In this document: positions 10,174 to 18,515 of the stretch, piece by piece | Position numbering within the stretch: the stretch's first letter is position 1 | How the letters are laid out: each line of letters opens with the position of its first letter | Source of the DNA: Bacteroidota bacterium | Lineage (GTDB): Bacteria; Bacteroidota; Bacteroidia; 2-12-FULL-35-15 | Assembly (NCBI GenBank): GCA_040388455.1 | Contig: JAZKBX010000100.1 | Coordinates: forward strand, 1 to 63,798 | Reading direction: 5' to 3' | DNA: 63,798 bases | The notes under the pieces: generated by a model | Seen by the model: the letters and a program-made list of their open reading frames with translations, nothing else | What the model was told of the DNA's origin: nothing | Database searches by the model: none | Program-made: the position numbers and the translations under genes

Positions 10174-11412
10174 ATGAATCAGGTAAAGTTGTTATCTCCG
10201 GCAGGATCATTTGAATCTTTAAGAGCGGCCATTCAGGGCGGAGCTGACGCAGTGTATTTCGGGATCGAGCAATTAAATATGCGATCCCGATCCAGTAATA
10301 ATTTCACAATAAACGACTTAAGTGAAATATATAAAATATGTTCGCAAAAAGAAGTCAAAACATACCTCACGATCAATACAATTATTTATGATCATGATGT
10401 TTCTTTAATGAAAAAGATTATTGAAGCAGCAAAAGAAAACAAAATTGATGCTATCATTGCTTGTGATCAGGCAGTTTTAAATTATGCAAAAAAAATTAGA
10501 ATGCCGGTTCATATTTCCACTCAGGCCAATGTAAGCAATATTGAAAGTGTTGAATTTTTCTCCTTATTTGCTGATACCATTGTGCTGGCCAGGGAGCTGA
10601 GTTTACGTCAGGTTGGCGATGTAGTAAAACAGATAAAACGCTCGGCCATAAAAGGCCCATCAGGAGAGTTGATAAAGATTGAAGTGTTTGTTCATGGCGC
10701 TTTATGCATGGCTGTTTCAGGGAAATGTTATTTGAGTTTACATACCCACAATGCATCTGCAAACAGAGGGGCCTGCATTCAAAATTGCAGGAGAAGTTAC
10801 ATTGTTAAGGATAAAGAAGAAGAAGAAATAGAATTTGAGATCGATAATGAATACATCATGTCATCTAAAGATCTGTGCACTATTGATTTTATGGATAAAA
10901 TAATTGAATCGGGTATTCATATTCTGAAAATAGAGGGGAGGGGCCGCTCCGCTGACTATGTATACACTGCCACTAAATGTTATCGTGAGGCGATAAATGC
11001 GTATTATGAAAAAACATATACTAAAGACAAGGTGGATGAGTGGAAAGTAAGACTCTCAACTGTTTTTAACAGAGGATTTTGGGATGGCTATTATTTAGGA
11101 AAAAAAATGGGGGAATGGTCCGATGAATATGGTTCAAAAGCAACAAAAAAGAAAATATATATTGGTAAAGGACTTAAATATTTTAGTGAAAAAAATGTGG
11201 CTGAGTTTAAACTTGAATCCAACCAATTGTCAGTGGGAAGCACTATTATGGTGATCGGACCCACTACTGGAATAATTCAGGGTAAAGTCACAGAGCTTCG
11301 TGTTCAGGACTCCTCAGTTGATTCAGTGAGCAAGGGAGATATTTTTTCTTTTCCATTGAATGAAAAAATTCGTCCATCCGACAAGTTGTATAAAGTAATA
11401 GATGCGGAATGA
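10174..11412 (+). CDS. Peptidase U32 family protein (PrtC/TrhP/UbiU-like, probable Fe-S O2-independent hydroxylase type)
   Basis: LLSPAGS..L.AAI.GGADAVY start; four-Cys cluster HGALCMAVSGKCYLS...GACIQNC. Confidence 0.85.
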   Translation: MNQVKLLSPAGSFESLRAAIQGGADAVYFGIEQLNMRSRSSNNFTINDLSEIYKICSQKEVKTYLTINTIIYDHDVSLMKKIIEAAKENKIDAIIACDQAVLNYAKKIRMPVHISTQANVSNIESVEFFSLFADTIVLARELSLRQVGDVVKQIKRSAIKGPSGELIKIEVFVHGALCMAVSGKCYLSLHTHNASANRGACIQNCRRSYIVKDKEEEEIEFEIDNEYIMSSKDLCTIDFMDKIIESGIHILKIEGRGRSADYVYTATKCYREAINAYYEKTYTKDKVDEWKVRLSTVFNRGFWDGYYLGKKMGEWSDEYGSKATKKKIYIGKGLKYFSEKNVAEFKLESNQLSVGSTIMVIGPTTGIIQGKVTELRVQDSSVDSVSKGDIFSFPLNEKIRPSDKLYKVIDAE

Positions 11413-11639
11413 TACGGATTATTCAACTGCGCGATAAATGTATTGGCTGCAATGCTTGTGTGGAGGCTGCACATGCAAGGTGGAGAATATCAAGGAAAGA
11501 CGGGAAGAGTGTTTTGATCGGAGCAGTTAAAAATAAAAATGTTCATTCCGTAATAGTTGGAGATGATGAGCTGCTTGAAAATATGCAGGCACTACGTAAT
11601 TGCCCGACAAGAGTGATACAAATAATAAAATTACAATAA
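11409..11639 (+). CDS. Small ferredoxin
   Basis: CIGCNACVEA ... NCP motif; ATGA overlap with the U32 gene. Confidence 0.7.
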   Translation: MIRIIQLRDKCIGCNACVEAAHARWRISRKDGKSVLIGAVKNKNVHSVIVGDDELLENMQALRNCPTRVIQIIKLQ

Positions 11640-11643
11640 GAAA

Positions 11644-12075
11644 ATGGATGAAAAGATTCAGTTTTTTTTGGATGGCCAAAAAAATTTAAGCTTCTGCACT
11701 GCTGTTGATAACATCCCCCATTGTGCCAGTTGTTTTTATTGTTACGTAAGCGAAGGCAATTTTATTGTTTTTAAATCGGACAAAAATACTATGCATATCG
11801 TCAACGCACTTATTAATGATAAGGTAGCAGGGACCATTTTGCCTGATGTTGATAAAATCGGAACGATAAGAGGGATCCAGTTTTCCGGGAAATTTAAAGT
11901 GCCAGAAGGCGACTTGCTTGTGCAAGCGAAAAAAAAGTATTACGGTAAATACCCGTTTGCGCTGGCAATGGGGGGCGATCTATGGGCAATAGAACTTCTG
12001 TTTGTAAAGATGACTGACAACACCCTTGGGTTTGGGAAAAAAACAATTTGGGAGTCTCCGATCTCCGTTAAGTAA
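11644..12075 (+). CDS. YhbP/UPF0306-like (PNPOx-fold) protein
   Basis: C-terminal MTDNTLGFGKKTIW block matches my memory of E. coli YhbP (FTDNTLGFGKK). Confidence 0.6.
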   Translation: MDEKIQFFLDGQKNLSFCTAVDNIPHCASCFYCYVSEGNFIVFKSDKNTMHIVNALINDKVAGTILPDVDKIGTIRGIQFSGKFKVPEGDLLVQAKKKYYGKYPFALAMGGDLWAIELLFVKMTDNTLGFGKKTIWESPISVK

Positions 12076-12184
12076 GTGAAATAAAAACAAAAGCAAAACG
12101 TTATTAAAAAGGTTTTATATCAATTTTATATATCGTTCACTGAGATACCTGCCATTTATTAAAATTATTGATTGTTTTTAAAAT

Positions 12185-12198
12185 ATGATCTACATCAT
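12185..12198 (+). promoter_or_regulatory. FNR/CRP-type box ATGAT-CTAC-ATCAT (autoregulatory position, FNR paralogue 1)
   Basis: Centre is 36.5 nt from the G of TTTG at 12228. This places the TSS after the track's ATG at 12207. Confidence 0.65.
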
Positions 12199-12248
12199 AT
12201 TTTATTATGATTAATAGATACATTTTTGTGTATCTAAACGTTCTATCC

Positions 12249-12971
12249 ATGTTAATTCCAACAAATAAACAAAAAGAAGTTCCGTCATGTGATAAATGTG
12301 ACTCTGCCAATAATTCTATATTTTGTGTTTTAAATAAAATAGAATTGGCTGATCTCTCAGATACTAAATCCCATATTTTTTATAAAAAGGGTCAAACGGT
12401 TTTTTATGAAGGTAACCACCCTCATGGATTGTATTGTATATATTCAGGAAAAGTAAAAATTCATAAATTAGGACACGATGGCAAGGATCAAATTTTACGT
12501 CTGGCCAAAAAGGCCAATGTTATAGGTTATCGCGCGCTGTTGAGTGATGATTATTATCATGCTTCCGCAACTGCACTGGAGGATTCGGTGATCTGTTTCT
12601 TTCCCAAAAAAGATTACCAAAATCTAATTGTTTCTAACCCACTACTTTCAATGCAGATCCTAAAACTGCTTTCTGCAGATTTAAAATCAGCCGAACAAAA
12701 AGCGATGAATATGGTGCAAAAGCAAGTCAAGGAACGCATTGCTGAAACATTACTTATGTTAAAAGAGTTTTTTGGATTAGAATCTGATAACGCAACCATT
12801 AACACTGTTCTTACGCGGGAAAGTATTGGAAATATTGCAGGTACAACAACTGAAACAGCAATAAGAACATTATCTGATCTGTGTAAGAATAAGACCATAG
12901 ATCTGATAGGAAAAAAAATAAAAATTTTAAATAATACAGAGCTTATAAAAATTGCGAATCTTAGCGACTAA
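12249..12971 (+). CDS. CRP/FNR-family regulator with an FNR-type N-terminal Cys cluster
   Basis: C-x2-C-x8-C (SCDKCDSANNSIFC) plus central Cys; cNMP-binding fold; HTH ..NIAGTTTETAIRTL. Start moved from 12207 to 12249 (promoter geometry, paralogue alignment). Confidence 0.85.
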   Translation: MLIPTNKQKEVPSCDKCDSANNSIFCVLNKIELADLSDTKSHIFYKKGQTVFYEGNHPHGLYCIYSGKVKIHKLGHDGKDQILRLAKKANVIGYRALLSDDYYHASATALEDSVICFFPKKDYQNLIVSNPLLSMQILKLLSADLKSAEQKAMNMVQKQVKERIAETLLMLKEFFGLESDNATINTVLTRESIGNIAGTTTETAIRTLSDLCKNKTIDLIGKKIKILNNTELIKIANLSD

Positions 12972-13112
12972 TAAGTGATCTCTAATTCTGAAAACAGTAT
13001 TGTTTATCAGCATTCTATTTTGCAAAGCTACAATCGTTTTTCGATTCCTGCTCAATACTAAATATCAACCTCATTGTTGATTTTTAAAAAATCTTTTTTA
13101 ATTTATATACGT

Positions 13113-13976
13113 ATGAAATATTTCAAAACGGAGATTTTGAATTATTGTTTTATTCTTGTCGGTAGTTTAGTTTTAGCATTAGGCGTTGTCGGGTTCCTAT
13201 CTCCTAATAATATTGCAACCGGAGGAACAGCTGGATTAGCAATAGTTTTGCATCATGTTTTTAAATTACCAATTGGTGTTTTAATGGCATTAATTAATAT
13301 TCCATTACTTCTGGTCAGTTTAAAATATTTGGGTAAAAAATTTGCTGTTAAGACGATAGTTTGTATTTTTTCTATTGTGATTTTTGTGGATACTTTGGCC
13401 GAAATTATACAAATGCCAAACCTTAGCAATAATCCTCTTTTAGCAACTTTATATGGTGGCGTTACTGTTGGTATTGGTCTTGGTTTGATATTTAAAGGAG
13501 GCGCTTCCGCAGGTGGGGGGACAATACTTGCAAAAATTGTTGCATCAAAAACCGATGTTAAAACGAGTTCAGTGGTATTAATATTAGATGCTCTTGTAGT
13601 CGCCTCTGCCGGCCTTGTTTTTAACAGTATGGAGTTGGCGCTCTGGAGCCTGGTGAGTATTTATGTTGCTTCGCGTCTAATAGATGCGGTTTTAATAGGT
13701 GCACAGAATCAAAAAATTGTTCACATTTCCGCTTCCAAAAATCTGAATGAACTCAGTCGGATAATTTCCAAAACCATAGGGGTTTCCGGAACTTTAGTTA
13801 AAGGTGACAACTTAAGTGCAACTGAACGTAAGGATATTATTTTTATGATGATCGACAAAAACAGGCTTAATGCCTTAAAGCAATTAGTTGCAAATTATGA
13901 TGAGAATGTGAAGATGATCGTAATGGAAGCGACTGAAGTTTTAGGTAAAGAAAGCCCATCAATACACTCCATTTAA
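13113..13976 (+). CDS. YitT-family membrane protein (DUF2179 C-terminal domain)
   Basis: Multiple TM helices, GGTAG and GG(A/T)..L motifs, soluble C-terminal domain. Start at MKYFKTE preferred over the track start 13074. Confidence 0.75.
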   Translation: MKYFKTEILNYCFILVGSLVLALGVVGFLSPNNIATGGTAGLAIVLHHVFKLPIGVLMALINIPLLLVSLKYLGKKFAVKTIVCIFSIVIFVDTLAEIIQMPNLSNNPLLATLYGGVTVGIGLGLIFKGGASAGGGTILAKIVASKTDVKTSSVVLILDALVVASAGLVFNSMELALWSLVSIYVASRLIDAVLIGAQNQKIVHISASKNLNELSRIISKTIGVSGTLVKGDNLSATERKDIIFMMIDKNRLNALKQLVANYDENVKMIVMEATEVLGKESPSIHSI

Positions 13977-14115
13977 TAGCGCACTTCGAATGTTGGGTCA
14001 AATATATCTTCGTTTGTCTGCTTTTTTAATTCTATTTAGTTTCTAATAAACCGAAATTGCAAAACCGCTATCCGCTAAAAAGGATCAGTTTCTTTTTGTT
14101 TTGAGCGCATGAATT

Positions 14116-14129
14116 ATGACATATATCAT
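14116..14129 (+). promoter_or_regulatory. FNR/CRP-type box ATGAC-ATAT-ATCAT upstream of the radical SAM gene
   Basis: Centre is 36.5 nt from the G of aaaTTTG (14159). Confidence 0.65.
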
Positions 14130-14272
14130 TTTTTGTTTTGGAAGGTTAGTCGAAATTTGTAATGCGAGGCTATATAGAATTAGCCTTCCTATTGAGCTTC
14201 TTTAGCAGCAAGTATTGTTTTTCTCTTCTTGTTATAATAAACAGTGTTCTCATCATTAAATTATATTTTAAT

Positions 14273-15313
14273 ATGTTTGGTATAGAGTTAAATTCATTTA
14301 AATTCAAAAACTTTGTTGTGCAGCGTATCGGCAAGGATACCTTTGTTAAGCCTGTGATTAAATTTATACAAGGCACCTCGTTTATCCTGGATTATTTGTT
14401 GTTTTATAAATTCAAGCTGATCAGAAATAGAAGTTCCATCACAGAAATCAATATTGAATTTGTTAGTTATTGCAATCTGCGTTGCAAATTGTGTTCACTC
14501 GATCATGAGAAGCCCAAAATAAGAATGAGTGCGGATGTTTTGAAGCGGTTCTTTGAAAATTTTTTAAGTGACAGTCGTTTTCGGAGTGTTAAAACCATTC
14601 ATCTGTATAATGCAGGTGAAGTTTTGCTTCATCCTAAATTAATTGAAATGCTTGATATTATTAAGCAATTTAAATTTGAGGCTCAGAAAAAAAATATTTT
14701 CTTTCCTCAAATTGCCTTATTAACAAATGCAACCATACTGGATGAAAAGAAATCGAAATTGCTAATCGCTTCAACTGTTATTGATAATATCCGTTTTAGT
14801 ATGGATGGGGGAAACAAAGAAAAATTTGAAGAGATGAGAGAGCGTGCTGAGTGGAATCTGTTTATTGAAAACATTAAAACATTCTGCGAATTGAATAAAA
14901 AAAGTGCTAAGCCTATACCAACAGGTATTATCACTTTAGTTGAGTATCACAATAAATTGAACACGAAATGGATGAGCAAGGAATTTCAGGAATTATTAAA
15001 CATGGTTGATGGATATGAGCTTCGTTATGCACATAATTGGGCAGGTGAAGTAGATATTAAAGAACTTAAAAATAAAAACAACACTAGTTACAAGGTAGGA
15101 TGTAGCTTGTTGATGCATCAATTGGTATTATTGCCTAATGGCGATATTACAGTTTGTTGTGCCGATTTAAATTCAAAGGGTGTAATTGGAAATATAACTA
15201 AAGAAGACCTGTTTTCAATTTATAATAAACCTCAACGATTAGAAATGCTGAAGAAATTTATTGATAATAAAAAACATGAAATTGATTTATGTAAAGATTG
15301 TGAAACGTTTTAG
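14273..15313 (+). CDS. Radical SAM enzyme with a Cys-rich SPASM/twitch-like C-terminus
   Basis: CNLRCKLC (CxxxCxxC); C-terminal ..ITVCCADLN.. and DLCKDCETF. The track start 14162 falls at or upstream of the predicted TSS, so M38 (14273) is preferred. Confidence 0.75.
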   Translation: MFGIELNSFKFKNFVVQRIGKDTFVKPVIKFIQGTSFILDYLLFYKFKLIRNRSSITEINIEFVSYCNLRCKLCSLDHEKPKIRMSADVLKRFFENFLSDSRFRSVKTIHLYNAGEVLLHPKLIEMLDIIKQFKFEAQKKNIFFPQIALLTNATILDEKKSKLLIASTVIDNIRFSMDGGNKEKFEEMRERAEWNLFIENIKTFCELNKKSAKPIPTGIITLVEYHNKLNTKWMSKEFQELLNMVDGYELRYAHNWAGEVDIKELKNKNNTSYKVGCSLLMHQLVLLPNGDITVCCADLNSKGVIGNITKEDLFSIYNKPQRLEMLKKFIDNKKHEIDLCKDCETF

Positions 15314-15353
15314 TATAGAATATAATTTAATGGGGATGGTACTTTTTAAGACT

Positions 15354-15367
15354 ATGATCCATGTCAT
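15354..15367 (+). promoter_or_regulatory. FNR/CRP-type box ATGAT-CCAT-GTCAT upstream of the thioredoxin-fold gene
   Basis: Centre is 36.5 nt from the G of aaTTTTG (15397). The track's TTG start at 15395 lies inside this -7 element. Confidence 0.65.
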
Positions 15368-15412
15368 ATAATTGTTGAACCTTATATTCGAATTTTGAAA
15401 AAAAAAATTGCT

Positions 15413-16027
15413 ATGGATTTATTGATAAATTTTCCGGAAATAAAAAATGCATATTCGTATGTTGATTACAGGAACCTGATTACGGGGTTTGCTCAGGGGC
15501 GAAGCACAAGTGGCGAGGATCAGCTTTTTGAGCGAATTGAAGCTACGAAGTTAAATGCACATCGTATGAGGCGGATTGATAAACAGATAGAGCTCAGTGA
15601 TTCATTAAAGAAAACAATTCAAAACATTAACAAAAAAATAACGTTCATTGTTATTGCGGAATCATGGTGTGGAGATGGAGCTCAGAATATTCCCATGATT
15701 GCTAAAATTGCTGATTTTACTTCTAATATTGAATTAAAAATTATATTCCGTGATGAGAACATCGAAATAATGGACGCTTACCTTACAAATGGCTCAAGAT
15801 CTATCCCGAAAGTTATTTTCATTGATTCAGAAACGAAAGAAGAATTGGGAACCTGGGGTCCACGACCTGCTAAAATTCAGGAAATGGTGAAAGAATATAA
15901 AGCGCAATTTCCTGAAAGTTCTCATGATGATTTTGTGCGAAGCCTGCACCTTTGGTATGCGAAAGATATGGGTGAAGCATTGCAAAATGATTTTGAGAAA
16001 CTTCTTACCCCATGGACTGTTTGTTAA
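15413..16027 (+). CDS. Thioredoxin-fold family protein (monothiol WCGDG)
   Basis: ESWCGDGAQNIP motif, ~200 aa; start at ATG 15413. Confidence 0.7.
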   Translation: MDLLINFPEIKNAYSYVDYRNLITGFAQGRSTSGEDQLFERIEATKLNAHRMRRIDKQIELSDSLKKTIQNINKKITFIVIAESWCGDGAQNIPMIAKIADFTSNIELKIIFRDENIEIMDAYLTNGSRSIPKVIFIDSETKEELGTWGPRPAKIQEMVKEYKAQFPESSHDDFVRSLHLWYAKDMGEALQNDFEKLLTPWTVC

Positions 16028-16060
16028 TCCCGTAATTGTTTGATGAACATATATAATGAA

Positions 16061-16092
16061 CACCTCTCAATTACAAGTTGAGAGGTGTTTTA
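16061..16092. terminator. Bidirectional hairpin terminator
   Basis: CACCTCTCAA-ttacaag-TTGAGAGGTG followed by TTTT; lies between convergent genes. Confidence 0.65.
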
Positions 16093-16140
16093 TATTAATT
16101 GTTTGGGTGCAGGGAGAGTAATAAAATTCAAAGGTCGATT

Positions 16141-16311
16141 TTAAATACTAACTACAACTGCCGCCAGCATACTAAGCCCGCCAATAAATGATAGGATAAT
16201 TAGGGTAAGCCCAATTTTATAGAATCTTTTACTTTTTAAAATATCACCTTGAATTAGCAAACCCATTGCAATTGAGGCGATCAACCAAAATACTCCGAAA
16301 AGAATAACCAT
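16141..16311 (-). CDS. Small (56 aa) two-TM membrane protein, below the ORF-track size cut-off
   Basis: MVILFGVFWLIASIAMGLLIQGDILKSKRFYKIGLTLIILSFIGGLSMLAAVVVSI*. Has its own palindromic box and -7 element at the canonical 36.5-nt spacing. Confidence 0.5.
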   Translation of the reverse strand: MVILFGVFWLIASIAMGLLIQGDILKSKRFYKIGLTLIILSFIGGLSMLAAVVVSI

Positions 16312-16361
16312 TTTTATTTAAATTTATTTGACAAAAATATTCTTGTTTTTACCAATATTTT

Positions 16362-16375
16362 ATGATGGGTATCAT
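16362..16375 (-). promoter_or_regulatory. FNR/CRP-type box ATGAT-GGGT-ATCAT upstream of the 56-aa ORF
   Basis: Perfect half-sites. Centre is 36.5 nt from the G (16332) of a minus-strand TAtTTTTG. Confidence 0.6.
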
Positions 16376-16473
16376 TGTTTATGCATTGAAAAAAAATGTC
16401 TTGTTGTTTGCCTGTGATTCATTTTTATTCAAAATTAATGTGTGATTTTCTTTTTTGTCTTTTTTTTGAAACT

Positions 16474-16487
16474 ATGACATACATCAT
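16474..16487 (+). promoter_or_regulatory. FNR/CRP-type box ATGAC-ATAC-ATCAT upstream of the RIC operon
   Basis: Centre is 36.5 nt from the G of cAccTTTG (16517). Confidence 0.65.
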
Positions 16488-16571
16488 ATAATTACTTGAT
16501 ATATTCCTTCACCTTTGTATTTGAATTTGTATGTCATTATTCATTCTTTTTAATTAATCTAAATAAACTAT

Positions 16572-17525
16572 ATGGAAACGCTAAACATTCTTGATGTTAC
16601 CGTGCTAGAGCCTCGGTTAAAACATCCTACTATTTTTCAAAAATTTGATGAGCTTGAAAAAGGTGATGCATTTATTATTCACAATGATCATGATCCTAAG
16701 CCGCTTTATTATCAGCTACTGGCCGAAAGAGGAAATGTATTCACATGGCAATATCAGGAAGAAGGCCCTGAATGGTGGAAAGTGCAAATTAGCAAATTAA
16801 AGGAAGGAGAAAAGGAATCAACAATTGGCGAATTAGTTACAAAAGACTTTCGGAGAGCTGAAGTGTTTAAAAAATTCGGTTTAGATTTTTGTTGTGGAGG
16901 AAAAAAAACATTGACTAAAGCATGCAAGGAAAAAGGGCTTGATGTGGTGCAGATAGAAAAAGAGTTGAAAGCAATTGAAGAAATACCTTCGGCTCCTTCA
17001 CAGGATTATAATACCTGGGATCTGGATTTTCTTGCTGATTATATTTTGAATACGCATCATAAATATGTAACACAGGCAATTCCCGTGATTCAGGAGTATA
17101 CACAAAAAGTGGCAAAGGTTCATGGAGAAAGACATCCTGAAGCTATAGAAATAGCAAATAACTTTGTAAAAGTAGCTGATGAACTTCTGCGCCACATGGT
17201 GAAAGAAGAAAATGTGCTTTTCCCTTACATTAAAAAATTAGCGGCTGCTCAAAAAAGCGGAACTATGGTTGAACCTCCTCATTTCGGATCAATTACGAAT
17301 CCTATAAATATGATGGAAGCGGAACACGAAGAGGTTGGAAACGTTATGGAGAAGATCAATACGTTATCGTACGGTTATACACCTCCTGCAGATGCTTGTA
17401 CAACTTTTCGTTTATCATATGCGAAACTGAAGGAGTTTGAAGATGACCTTCACCAACACATACATCTTGAAAACAACATTCTTTTTCCAAAGGCAATTGC
17501 GCTGGAAAATGATTTATTTGAATAA
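16572..17525 (+). CDS. Iron-sulfur cluster repair di-iron protein (RIC/YtfE/ScdA) with an N-terminal DUF2249 domain
   Basis: DFCCGG ScdA_N motif; hemerythrin-like H..EE and H...E..LFP blocks; N-terminal DUF2249-like ~75 aa. Confidence 0.85.
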   Translation: METLNILDVTVLEPRLKHPTIFQKFDELEKGDAFIIHNDHDPKPLYYQLLAERGNVFTWQYQEEGPEWWKVQISKLKEGEKESTIGELVTKDFRRAEVFKKFGLDFCCGGKKTLTKACKEKGLDVVQIEKELKAIEEIPSAPSQDYNTWDLDFLADYILNTHHKYVTQAIPVIQEYTQKVAKVHGERHPEAIEIANNFVKVADELLRHMVKEENVLFPYIKKLAAAQKSGTMVEPPHFGSITNPINMMEAEHEEVGNVMEKINTLSYGYTPPADACTTFRLSYAKLKEFEDDLHQHIHLENNILFPKAIALENDLFE

Positions 17526-17692
17526 AATTCTGGCAAATTTATTTTGCCGGTTACCATTATAGAACGCAGATGACGCAGGTTGTTTTTTGATCAAATATGA
17601 TTTATCTACATCATAATAATTGTCAGCGTTATCAGCGTTCTACTTTGTTTTTTCACCTATTGGATCTTATGGTATTATTAATCATTTAGGCA

Positions 17693-18514
17693 ATGAACAT
17701 CTCCGCTACAACCAAAATTTCTGAACTCATCAAGGCTAATCCAGCCAGTATTGATGCCATCATAACAATTAATAAACATTTTGAAAAATTACGCAATCCT
17801 ATATTAAGGAAAATACTTGCCTCTAGAGTAACTATTGCAGATGCTGCTAAAATAGGCGGGTGTACCGTGAATGATTTTTTTAGTAAATTAATTCCTCTTG
17901 GGTTTTCACTTGCACCGGACACTGTTCCGATAATAAATAGCCCTATAACTGATAGGCAACGCCCTGCTTTCATGCAGAAAATAAATAGTGGCAATATCAT
18001 TACACTTGATGTGCGTGCAGATCTGGCATCAGGAAAAGACCCTTTTCAAGGTATCATGGATACTTTGCCTTCCTTATCGCAAGATAATTTTCTGCTTATC
18101 ATAAATACTTTTGAGCCACTTCCTCTTATTAACGTTTTGAAAAGAAAGGGGTTTGAATATTATACAGAAGAATTTCAAATAGATATTTTTCATACGTATT
18201 TTAAAAATACAACAGATAAAAAAAATGATAAAATAGATAGTGTTCTACTCACTAATTCTGCAAATAATGAATTTGCAGAAATACTGAACAAGTATATTGG
18301 GAAAATGGAAACCATTGATGTTAGGTACCTTGAAATGCCACTACCAATGGTTACTATTTTGCAGAAACTTAATACACTACAAGAAGGACATTCGTTATTT
18401 GTTCAGCATAAAAAGATCCCACAATTTCTTTTGCCAGAGCTCGAAGAAAATAAGTTCTCATGGATTATTCGGGAAGATGGGCCGGGTGATGTAAAGCTTT
18501 TAATTTTCAGATGA
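17693..18514 (+). CDS. DUF1858 plus two DUF2249 domains protein
   Basis: N-terminal ISELI...P....I....G..C..C-less DUF1858-like segment, then two DUF2249-like repeats (LDVR.., IDVRYLEMP). Confidence 0.65.
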   Translation: MNISATTKISELIKANPASIDAIITINKHFEKLRNPILRKILASRVTIADAAKIGGCTVNDFFSKLIPLGFSLAPDTVPIINSPITDRQRPAFMQKINSGNIITLDVRADLASGKDPFQGIMDTLPSLSQDNFLLIINTFEPLPLINVLKRKGFEYYTEEFQIDIFHTYFKNTTDKKNDKIDSVLLTNSANNEFAEILNKYIGKMETIDVRYLEMPLPMVTILQKLNTLQEGHSLFVQHKKIPQFLLPELEENKFSWIIREDGPGDVKLLIFR

Positions 18515-18515
18515 A

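Noticed and set aside
12207-12248. N-terminal extensions given by the ORF track (12207, 13074, 14162, TTG 15395, 23543..24823, 38870..39877, TTG 48539, TTG 49482, TTG 62060)
   Set aside because: Box and -7 positions put the TSS downstream of several of these starts. The extensions are hydrophobic or AT-rich nonsense and are missing in paralogues. Internal ATGs expose proper signal peptides or conserved N-termini.
17597-17614. ATGATTTATCTACATCAT upstream of the DUF1858/DUF2249 gene as a regulon box
   Set aside because: The half-sites are 8 nt apart. The N4 reading (TTTAT-CTAC-ATCAT) has a degenerate left half, and the distance to the nearest TTTG (39.5 nt) is off. It may be a decayed or internal site, so I did not list it as a feature.
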